A stretch of DNA of 64,000 bases from an uncultured Acidobacteriota bacterium. GTDB lineage: Bacteria > Acidobacteriota > UBA6911. The notes beneath the pieces were generated by a model. That model worked only from the letters and a program-made list of their open reading frames with translations, did no database searches and was not told where the DNA came from. Below, in pieces: positions 31,914 through 40,619 of the stretch (within the stretch, counting starts at the first letter, position 1; every line of letters starts with the position of its first letter). Both the position numbers and the translations under genes were made by a program. The stretch covers positions 384,001 through 448,000 of the forward strand of contig CAWHCF010000049.1 in NCBI GenBank assembly GCA_963827655.1. Direction: 5' to 3'.

Positions 31914-34811
31914 ATGAGTGAAAACGGCGTTCGACTTCCCGCGGCGCCCTCGCGACAGGTCGATTATTCCCGGAGAGTGACCTTCTATTTCGAGGGTCAG
32001 CCGCTCGAAGCCTTTACCGGAGAAACGGTGGCCATGGCGCTGTTTGCCGCCGGACGCCGGATTTTCAGCCGCAGTTTCAAATATCACCGGCCCCGAGGCC
32101 TGCTCTGTTGTTCGGGAGATTGTCCCAACTGCCTTATGCACGTTGCCGGGCGCCCCAACCAGCGCGCCTGCCGCGTTCCCGTCCGTGAAGGTCTGCAGGT
32201 TTCGGCCCAGCATGCGTGGCCGTCGCTCGATCGCGATCTCCTTCACGGCATCGAGCTCTTCAGCCGGCTGATGCCTGTGGGTTTCTACTACAAGACGCTC
32301 TACCGGCCGAGGTTTCTCTGGAAGCTGGCTGAGCCGGTCATTCGTCATCTGGCCGGTTTGGGGCAGATAGATATCAACGATCAGGGCCACGGCGAGTACG
32401 AACATAGCCATGAGTTCACGGATGTGACCGTTGTAGGCGGCGGACCGGCCGGCATCCAGGCGGCTCTCCGCGCGGCGAAGGCAGGCGTTTCCGTGACTCT
32501 GGTCGACGGCGAAGCCCGGCTCGGGGGACACCTCTGCTACCAAACGCTGCCCTGTGATCCTGGTGGTATGCCAGGCTATGAGGCGGCCGGCGAGATGGCG
32601 GCTGCCGTGCGGGAGCAATCCAACATTCGTGTTATGGAATCTTCCTCCGCCGTTGGAGCCTACGAAGGTGGTCTGATTCCGATCCTTCAGGAGAACACCC
32701 TGGTTCACTTAAGGACCAGGTGCCTGATTGCCGCCACGGGTTGCCACGAATATCCGCTGGTTTTTCGCAACAACGATGTGCCGGGTGTGATGTTGGGCCG
32801 CGCCGCTCTACGGATGATAAACATCTTTGGAATCCGGCCTGGCCGCCGCGCCGTCGTTGTGACAGCCAACGATCATGGCTATGCAGTGGCGCTGGAGTGC
32901 GCGCGCAGCGGAATTGAGATTGCGGAAGTCGTCGATGCGCGCCACCAAGTCTCAAATTCTCATGAAGCATCCCGGTTGCGGCAGCAAGGGATTTCCGTCA
33001 GCCAGGGACACACTGTACGCGAGGTTATCGGAAAACGCGCGGTCCGCGCGGCACGCCTGGGTCGTGTCGATGCCGACGGACGGCACATAGCCGGCGGCAG
33101 CAGGGAGATCCGCTGTGATCTGGTGCTTGTTTCGGCCGGCTGGCAGCCGGCCGCGTCTCTCCTGTATCAAGCCGGCTGCCGTATGGAATTCGATCCTTTG
33201 CTGGGTCAGGCTGTGCCGCGCAAGCTTGCGCCCGGAGTGTTTGCAGCGGGCGAGGTGATAGGGCTTCGCGATCTGGCAGACATCCTTCTGTCGGGAGAAA
33301 AGGCTGCCGAGGCTGCCATCGCGTTCTTGAACGGGGATGTTGCGGTCAGCGGAAGGGACGACGTGGAAGAGTCGCTCGATCGCCTTCGCCGCGCCTCTCC
33401 GGCATTTTCCATCGACAGCAGCACGGGCCAGGAGCGGAACTTTGTTTGCTGGTGCGAGGATGTGGTCGAGAAGGACCTGAAGCAGGCCGTCGTTGAGGGC
33501 TACGATGAAATAGAGACGCTCAAGCGCTACACCACGGTGTCCATGGGACCGTGCCAGGGTCGCATGTGCGCCCGCGCTGCAGCCGAGATCTGCGCGCGCG
33601 CAACCGGTAAAGAGCTGCGCACCATTGGTACTACTACGTCACGACCGCCGCTCGTTCCTGTCCCGCTGGGAGCCCTGGCTGGACAGGAGCTCCATCCGGT
33701 GAAGCTCGGCAGCATCCATTACAAACATGCGGCTCTCACCCACCGGATGATGAACATGGGGGTGTGGCAACGACCCGGCGTTTACTCTTCTGTTCAGGAA
33801 GAGTACGACGCCGTGCGTAACCATGCGGGTTTGATCGACGTGAGCACTCTTGGGAAGCTTGTCGTAAAGGGCCGAGACGCGGCAAGTCTTCTCGACAAGG
33901 TCTACACCCATTGGTTTTCGACGCTTAAGTCGGGGCGCGTCCGTTACGGAGTTATTTGTGACGAGAGCGGCACTATTCTTGACGATGGCACTGTGTCGCG
34001 CCTGGCGGAGGACCATTACTACATCACAACCTCCACCGGCAATGTCGATTTCGTCGAGCAGTGGCTCAAGTGGTGGGCGGCCGGCACCGGATGGTGTGTG
34101 CATGTTGTCAACGTGACGGCCGCTTACGCCGCGCTGAATCTTGCCGGACCGAAGGCCAGGGAAGTCCTCGCCACATTGACCGACATGGATTTGTCGCCGG
34201 CGGCATTTCCCTACATGGCCTGCGTGGAAGGCAGAGTCGCCGGCGTCCCGGCTCTGTTGTTGCGCATCGGCTTCGTCGGAGAAACCGGCTGGGAAATACA
34301 CTTTCCGGCCGAGTGCGGCGAGTATCTTTGGGATCGTCTCCTGGAGTCGGGACGCCAATCCGGCTGCCGGCCATTCGGCGTTGAAACCCAGCGATTGCTC
34401 CGGTTGGAGAAGAAGCATGTGATCGTAGGCCAGGATACGGATGCGCTTTCCAACCCCTACGAGGCGGACATGTCCTGGATCGTCAGACTCGACAAGGAAG
34501 ACTTTGTCGGGCGGCACGCGCTGGCAAATCTTCAGAGACGAGAGATAAGAAACCGCCTCGTCGGCTTCCGAATGTCGGATGGTGGTTGCCCTCAGGATGG
34601 CAATGCCGTTGTGATTGCAGGAAAGCTGGCCGGGCGAGTAACCAGCGCCCGTTTCAGCCCGGCGTGGAATGAGTATGTAGGGATGGCCTGGGTTCCCGCG
34701 GAGTTCGCCAAAGAGGGAACGCGGATTGAAGTCCACGTGGATGGCAGGCTGGGATCTGCGACGATCGTCGAAAAACCCTTCTATGATCCTGATGGGTTAC
34801 GGTTGAAATGA
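31914..34811 (+). CDS. soxA: Sarcosine oxidase alpha subunit-like (2Fe-2S / FAD / GcvT-like)
   Basis: SRSFKYHRPRG, GFYYKT, GGGPAG, LKRYTT..MGPCQG, DVSTLGK, DDGTV, GETGWEI, LRLEK. Confidence 0.92.
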   Translation: MSENGVRLPAAPSRQVDYSRRVTFYFEGQPLEAFTGETVAMALFAAGRRIFSRSFKYHRPRGLLCCSGDCPNCLMHVAGRPNQRACRVPVREGLQVSAQHAWPSLDRDLLHGIELFSRLMPVGFYYKTLYRPRFLWKLAEPVIRHLAGLGQIDINDQGHGEYEHSHEFTDVTVVGGGPAGIQAALRAAKAGVSVTLVDGEARLGGHLCYQTLPCDPGGMPGYEAAGEMAAAVREQSNIRVMESSSAVGAYEGGLIPILQENTLVHLRTRCLIAATGCHEYPLVFRNNDVPGVMLGRAALRMINIFGIRPGRRAVVVTANDHGYAVALECARSGIEIAEVVDARHQVSNSHEASRLRQQGISVSQGHTVREVIGKRAVRAARLGRVDADGRHIAGGSREIRCDLVLVSAGWQPAASLLYQAGCRMEFDPLLGQAVPRKLAPGVFAAGEVIGLRDLADILLSGEKAAEAAIAFLNGDVAVSGRDDVEESLDRLRRASPAFSIDSSTGQERNFVCWCEDVVEKDLKQAVVEGYDEIETLKRYTTVSMGPCQGRMCARAAAEICARATGKELRTIGTTTSRPPLVPVPLGALAGQELHPVKLGSIHYKHAALTHRMMNMGVWQRPGVYSSVQEEYDAVRNHAGLIDVSTLGKLVVKGRDAASLLDKVYTHWFSTLKSGRVRYGVICDESGTILDDGTVSRLAEDHYYITTSTGNVDFVEQWLKWWAAGTGWCVHVVNVTAAYAALNLAGPKAREVLATLTDMDLSPAAFPYMACVEGRVAGVPALLLRIGFVGETGWEIHFPAECGEYLWDRLLESGRQSGCRPFGVETQRLLRLEKKHVIVGQDTDALSNPYEADMSWIVRLDKEDFVGRHALANLQRREIRNRLVGFRMSDGGCPQDGNAVVIAGKLAGRVTSARFSPAWNEYVGMAWVPAEFAKEGTRIEVHVDGRLGSATIVEKPFYDPDGLRLK

Positions 34812-35533
34812 ATGACATCTACAAGCTGACCCCTATCCATCACTGGCATCAGCAACATGGTGCCCGTTTCGTGCTGGAGGCAGGGTGGAAGCGGGTCGAA
34901 AGCTACGGCAACCCGGAACAGGAGGTGTCGCAGGTTTCCACGGCGGCCGGCATCTGCGACGCCACCCCGCTGACCAAAATCGATCTTCAAGGTAAGGATG
35001 CAGCCGCTTTCCTGGCCAGGCAGCTGCCTGGAGCCGCCATCCCCGCGTTGGGATTTCACAACCGCGTCCGCCTCTCCGGCGATGAGAAAGGCGGTGAACT
35101 TCAAGTTGCCCGCTTGAAGACCGAGCGTTTGCTGGTCTTTGGCCCTCCTGATGCACGGGATGTTTTAGTTCCACGCTTCGCCGAGCGCGCTACTAGCCTG
35201 GAATGCTCGCACGTCACCGACTTGACCTCGGCCTTTGCTGCGATGCGTCTGGTCGGTCCTTCAAGCGCCGCCGTGCTGAAGAAAATCTGCCCGCTTGATT
35301 TGGATCGACTGGCCTCTGGGCGGTGTGCCCAGGCGCCGGTTGCGCGAGTGGGGGCGGTGGTGCTGCGGGATGACCTCATGGGATGGATGGGCTACCTGAT
35401 CCTGGTTTCCAGGGACTATGGCGAATATGTCTGGAAAAGCATGCTGTCCGCCGGGGAAGGGCTTCATATGGGTTATTTCGGTTTGACGGCGGAAAAGAGA
35501 GTGAAAAGTAAAAAAGTAAAAAGTGCTGAGTAG
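34808..35533 (+). CDS. soxG: Sarcosine oxidase gamma subunit / GcvT-like
   Basis: ATGA overlap with soxA; TPIHHWH, VTDLTSA, LKKICPLDL, SRDYGEYVW. Confidence 0.8.
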   Translation: MNDIYKLTPIHHWHQQHGARFVLEAGWKRVESYGNPEQEVSQVSTAAGICDATPLTKIDLQGKDAAAFLARQLPGAAIPALGFHNRVRLSGDEKGGELQVARLKTERLLVFGPPDARDVLVPRFAERATSLECSHVTDLTSAFAAMRLVGPSSAAVLKKICPLDLDRLASGRCAQAPVARVGAVVLRDDLMGWMGYLILVSRDYGEYVWKSMLSAGEGLHMGYFGLTAEKRVKSKKVKSAE

Positions 35534-35554
35534 AAAGTGCTGAGGGGAAAGTAG
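35497..35554 (+). repeat. Degenerate 7-nt tandem repeat
   Basis: Units AAAGTAA AAAGTGC TGAGTAG AAAGTGC TGAGGGG AAAGTAG; an inverted near-copy lies at ~22456-22491. Confidence 0.65.
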
Positions 35555-35564
35555 GGAGGAAGCG

Positions 35565-35732
35565 ATGGCGGAGAGAAAAAGAGTCGAACGGTTTGAGGAT
35601 TTGATTGCGTGGCAGAAGGCGCGCGTTGAGGCTCTCTGCCCTCAAGCGGAGGAGGTGAACATCGGTCGCTTAGCGTTTCTTTGTGTCTTTGTGTCTTGGA
35701 GGTTGTTTTTTCCGCCGAGCACTTATGAATAG
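35565..35732 (+). pseudogene. Truncated four-helix-bundle protein (23S rRNA IVP family) N-terminus
   Basis: GGGAGG SD, then MAERKRVERFEDLIAWQKAR; similarity ends after ~20 aa and the frame runs into a family C repeat. Confidence 0.7.
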
Positions 35733-36924
35733 CGAACCCATGTGGCGCAAGGCACCGCTGCGAGATCGATATGATGTGGTTATCGTCGGCGCCGGAGTGC
35801 ATGGCCTGGCCATCGCATACTATCTCTGCAAACGCGGAATCAGAAATATCGCGGTCCTGGAGCGAGGGTACCTTGGCATCGGCAACAGCGGGCGAAACAC
35901 GGCCATCCTGCGCTCGAACTACAGGACCCCGGAAGCTATTCCTTTCTACAACGAAAGTATCAAACGGTGGGAGGGCCTCTCGGCGGAACTGGAATTCAAC
36001 CTGCTGTTTTCTCAGCAGGGCCACCTCACCCTCGCGCACACCGATTCGGCCCTGAACGGGCTCCGGGTGCGCGCCGACGCCAACCGGCTGCTTGGGGTCG
36101 ACAGCTACCTCGTCGGTCCGCAGGAGATCAAGAGACTGGTACCGGCCATCGATATCAGTTCCCATGTGCGCTATCCCATTGAGGGCGGTCTGTATCATCC
36201 TCCGGGAGGAATCATCCGTCACGATGCGGTGGTGTGGGCTTACGCTCGGGCCGCCAGCCGGATGGGAGCCGAAATCCACACCCATACCGAGGTCGTGGGA
36301 ATCGGAAGAGGCAACAATCAAATCGAATCGGTTAAAACCAGTCGGGGGGACATCAACACGGGGGTCGTTGTCAATGCCACGTCGGGCTGGTGCACGACCG
36401 TGGCCCGGATGGCGGGCGTTTCCTTGCCGGTGACGTCGCACCCGCTGCAAGCCTGCGTCACGGAGACTCTCAACCCTTTTTTGAGCAAAGTGGTGGTTTC
36501 GGCAAACCTGCACGTTTACGTGAATCAGACCGATCGAGGCGAGGTGGTCCTTGGCTCTGAAATTGATCCCTATGCTTCTTACAGCCAGCGTTCCACGCTT
36601 CCAACCCTGGAGATGATTGCTGCCCATACCCTGGATTTGTTTCCCTGTCTGCGTCACGTGTGCGTGATGCGCCAGTGGACCGGCGTGTGCGACATGACTC
36701 CGGATTTCAGCCCTATCATCGGGGAGGCGCCCGGCGTGAAAGGATTCATCCTGGATGTGGGCTGGGGGACTTACGGTTTCAAAAGCGGCCCGGTCGCCGG
36801 ATATCGGGTCGCCGAGTTGATTGACACGGGGAAAACTCCCGACCTGATACGTCCGTTCGCGCTCTCCAGGTTCAGCGAAGATCGACTGGTAGGCGAGAAA
36901 GCCGCGGCCGCGGTTTCTTCATGA
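35725..36924 (+). CDS. soxB: Sarcosine oxidase beta subunit-like FAD oxidoreductase
   Basis: GAGVHG, GNSGRNTAILRSNY, LFSQQG.L.LAH, GGIIRHDAVVW, PLQACVTE, DMTPDFSPIIG, GWGTYGFK. Confidence 0.92.
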   Translation: MNSEPMWRKAPLRDRYDVVIVGAGVHGLAIAYYLCKRGIRNIAVLERGYLGIGNSGRNTAILRSNYRTPEAIPFYNESIKRWEGLSAELEFNLLFSQQGHLTLAHTDSALNGLRVRADANRLLGVDSYLVGPQEIKRLVPAIDISSHVRYPIEGGLYHPPGGIIRHDAVVWAYARAASRMGAEIHTHTEVVGIGRGNNQIESVKTSRGDINTGVVVNATSGWCTTVARMAGVSLPVTSHPLQACVTETLNPFLSKVVVSANLHVYVNQTDRGEVVLGSEIDPYASYSQRSTLPTLEMIAAHTLDLFPCLRHVCVMRQWTGVCDMTPDFSPIIGEAPGVKGFILDVGWGTYGFKSGPVAGYRVAELIDTGKTPDLIRPFALSRFSEDRLVGEKAAAAVSS

Positions 36925-37191
36925 CAAGAAAAATGGATCGGCGAGTCCTCGACGCCGCAGGTTCTCACCGGCGCAGCTCATTCTGTCGCCGAGGAAATGT
37001 CGGTAACAATGGTGCCCCCCTGGTTCGGAGCTTCCGTCATCAATCGTGGTGAAGACCAATCCGGATTTTTTTGGTCGTCGCCGATTGTCCGAATCTGTCC
37101 GTCTGAAGCTCCCGCAACGGAGAGTGCGGCTATTTTTCGATCATTGAACCGGCAAAAGTGGGCTGCTCTTTCGAGCCAGCGATCAAGATTT

Positions 37192-37767
37192 TCATGAGTT
37201 CTTAGACCCAGCCTCTCCACCGTCTTCAGGCGGATAATAATAATGAGGCACTGGGTCTAAACGCCGGAACAGGACCACGCCTCCCTCGAATGGCTCAGCG
37301 CGGAGCACGTCCTGCCGGTGGCGGGCCGCCTCGAGACCAGGCACGTCGTCCGCCACCAGCGTGATTCCGAACAAGGTATCGGCTTGGTACTCCTCGGGAT
37401 CAATATCGGCTTCGGCCTCCTCATCGAAGAACACGTACTGCAGGTGGAGGCGCCGCAGGAGTTCTTCTCCGATGTGAATCAAGGTGCGCGTCAGTTCTTT
37501 CCGCCCATGCCGGTTCCCCACCGCCTCGAACAGTTCTTCGTCAATGTCCAGCGTAGAAGCGACCCATCCGTCCCGCTGGTAGGATCGGCAGGTCATCGGC
37601 AGGCCCTCCCCGACGAAGGAAAGAATCCACTGCCTCACTCGCATCCCATCCATCGAAACGCCGGCGTCGCCGGGATTCAGCCCGGCGTGTTCCAGAGCCT
37701 GATCCAAAGTGGCGGCATCCTCGAGCGATCCCGGCCAACCAAAGGCTAAGCTGACAAAGGCACCCAT
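37192..37767 (-). CDS. Putative immunity protein
   Basis: 191-aa acidic ORF starting 3 nt after the toxin stop; function inferred from position only. Confidence 0.65.
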   Translation of the reverse strand: MGAFVSLAFGWPGSLEDAATLDQALEHAGLNPGDAGVSMDGMRVRQWILSFVGEGLPMTCRSYQRDGWVASTLDIDEELFEAVGNRHGRKELTRTLIHIGEELLRRLHLQYVFFDEEAEADIDPEEYQADTLFGITLVADDVPGLEAARHRQDVLRAEPFEGGVVLFRRLDPVPHYYYPPEDGGEAGSKNS

Positions 37768-37770
37768 CGG

Positions 37771-39891
37771 CTACCTCACCCGGAAGTTCGAAGCGCCTGA
37801 CGGTGGCGCAGTCAGTTTGACGCCGGCCAGTTTGTTGGCCGCATTGGTCCAGCCGCTAATGAAATTCCCCGAAAGATCGGTGACCACGATCTGATTCCCC
37901 TTAAAGGCATGCACGGCCCATGGAGAATTGTGATACGGACCGAGATAGACTTCATCGGCTTTGGCGACCACTTCGTCCACGGCGTTCTTAAACTGGGCAT
38001 GGGCTGCCTTATCCGTCGCCTTCCACGACGTCGCGACACCGAAGTCGGCAGCATGTTTCCACTTCTTCTGGAGGCTCGACGCGGACATCGTCGTGGCCGT
38101 GAGCGCAGCGGCCTTGTCGAGATCGGCCTTGCCAACCTTTTGAAGCGCTTCGCCCCCATATTTGATCATCGCATCGGCGCCGTCCTGCGTGACGAGCTTG
38201 ACGAAGTCATCCACGCCGACCTTGGCGATCGTGTCCTTGAGGGTCAGCCCGTGGAACGTCGTCGCGTCCATACTCTTGAACAGGCGCTCGGTGACGCTGG
38301 CGCCTAGCTCTTTGGTCAGTTTCTCGACGACGTTCTGGCCCAATTCCTTGAGTAACTTGCCCGCGGCTTCCGCGCCAAACTTGTCTACAAGACCCTTGAG
38401 ACCCGCCGCCGTCATGTCGGCGGTGAGATCGCCCACCGCTTTGGCTCCCATCTCCCGCGTCAGCGCCTGAACCGCGTCCACGCCAAGCGTGTCCACAAGC
38501 TCCTTCAACCCCTTAGCTCCGAGGCGGTCGGTAAGTTCCTTGACGGCGTTCACTCCGAGCTTCTCTACGACGGTTTTGAGCGTCGCCGAGCCAAGCGTCT
38601 CGGCGAGTTGTTTCACGCCCTGGGTGCCGAGGTTATCTACGACTTGTTTCAAAGTTCGTGGGCTGAGCTCCTCGGCTAGTTCGGCTGTCAGCTTAGGGCC
38701 GAGTTCCTTCGCCAGCTTCTCGAAGCCTTCCTTGCCGAACTCTTTGATCATCTCGCGGGTAACCGTTTGCCGCTCAGGCGTATCGTGACCTCCAACGCGG
38801 CGATCTTACCCGCGACCTTGCTACGCACCAGCTTGCTCAGCCACTTCACGCCCTTACCAATCCCCTTGGCGCCCTTGGCCACATATTTCAGAAGGTTGCC
38901 CAGCCCTGGGATCGCGAAAATGCCGGAGATGATCCGGCCGACGATGCCGACTTTCTCCCCCGTAACGGGATTGACGCCGGTCACAGCAATGATGGCATCC
39001 TTCACATTGCTTACTCCCGGGGCGAAATCGGTCCCAGATCGGCGATGATTTCTCCGACATCGGTTTTATCCTCCTTCTCTCAGGTTTCTGCTCTCGCTCC
39101 TCTTCGGAAAGAGGCGGCGCCGAAGACAGCGGGGCGGGAAACATGTAGGGTTGTCCGGCGTTCTTGTCGGACCGGGGCGAGAAGACGTAAACGTCATAAT
39201 CGAAGGGTTGCTTCAGCCAGAGCTTGGAGTCAGGCTCGCGCTCAGGGTGGTACCCGACGCGTTCCGCGAACGCGCGCGCGACAATCCCTTTGGTGGGGTG
39301 CCGAAAGGCCGTGTAGGATGGGCGAATCGTGCCGCCCTTCACGTACTTGCGATAGACGAAACTCGCCGTGGTTTCCGCTAAGAGATCGCGATCAATCCCG
39401 GCGTTCTCGGCGATGATGGCGCGAACGAGCAGTGCGCCGGGCTTTGTGCTGTAGAACGTAGATCCAGCCCGGTGCCAGCGATATCCAGGGAAGCTCTCCT
39501 CATCGATGGGGTCGGTTGCTTCGGTGGGAGATTTGTCATCAGGATGACGTTGAAGCGTGGGCGACGCCGTAGCTCCTATCTGGAGGCCTGCGTTGGCGGG
39601 CGCCTGGAGTAAACGCTGCATGTAGCGGTTGCCGTAATGCTGCTGCAGCCGCTCGGCCAGTGCGTGCTGCACTGGACGGCTGGCCGGGCTACCGCGTTGC
39701 CGGCCAGTGAGGAGGGAGCGGTGGCGTTCGACGGGCGGATTCGTCAGTCTTCCGCCGCCGTTCGTCTGCGTCGAAGCCGCATCGGCCACGCGCTGTGCCG
39801 GTGTCAACTGCGGTTGTGGTGCGAGCTCCGGTTCGGTGGAGTGCTTAAGCTCTTCGGTTTTCTTACTCGTGGATTCTCTGCTCGCCGTCAT
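37771..39891 (-). CDS. Polymorphic toxin with PT-TG motif, helical repeats and colicin D-like C-terminal nuclease; about 3 frameshifts
   Basis: LQQHYGNRYMQRLL and PTLQR at the N-terminus; TDFAPGVSNVKDAIIAVTGVNPVTGEKV; C-terminal LQKKWKHAADFGV...FKNAVDE...GPY...VV..SGNFISGW. Shifts near 39075, 39033 and 38770. Confidence 0.85.
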
Positions 39892-40119
39892 TGAGCGGAT
39901 AGGTAGGGCAAGGAGCCTTTTTCGGGGGTAGTTCTGCGGCGGCTTTCCTCAACGGTTTCTGAGTTCAGCTAACTTCCGGCAGTTCCTGCACCGTTGCCAA
40001 TCGGGCCGGAAGGGCTATCTTACCTCGATCGATGCCGACAACGGTGGAGTTTTCGCACACTCCGTCTTCCGGCGCGAGCTGCGGGCGCTACTCGAGGAGC
40101 AGCGAGCGAACCAGCGTGG

Positions 40120-40312
40120 TCCGAGGTCCGAGGGATCGGCCCTCCGAATGTACAGGACCTTCGGCACGTATACGACCTTCAGCGCTCATGGTTGTGAGCC
40201 CCAATTTTCCCGGCCTCAGTCCGGGTATAGCGAAGCAACGCCTGGGGCGGTAGCAAGCTTGCGCCTTGTGCCGCGGGCACCTTGCTGCCGCGAAATGACC
40301 AATCTCCAGGCG
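40120..40312. repeat. Degenerate family A repeat followed by family B copy 3
   Basis: CGAGGTCCGAGGGATCGGC, ACCTTCAGCGCTC, CCCGGCCTCAGTCCGGG; then GCGGTAGCAAGCTTGCGCCTTGTG..GC..CTTGCTGCCGC..CTCCAGGCGC. Confidence 0.55.
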
Positions 40313-40619
40313 CGGGTCTGATCGGCGCCACACAAGCCAAAACGCTCCGGTCAATCGAGAACTGTTCACTGAATTGTTCACACTTCTCACAGACGGGCTA
40401 GTACGGTTGGCCCTTGTGGCTTTCCCCGTCTTCGTTCTCGGCCAGCGAGCACTGTCTGAATCTCAGGACTGTATTTGGTGGAGATAGATTTTCCTTTCGG
40501 GAATAATGCAAATCAGCCGCTTCCCGTGGGATCACCCGAACGAGGAATCACTGTCCCGACGGATCGCGCGGCGAAAATCTTGTTGATACTGGATGAATCA
40601 AAGGGAGGTGGCCGTACCC

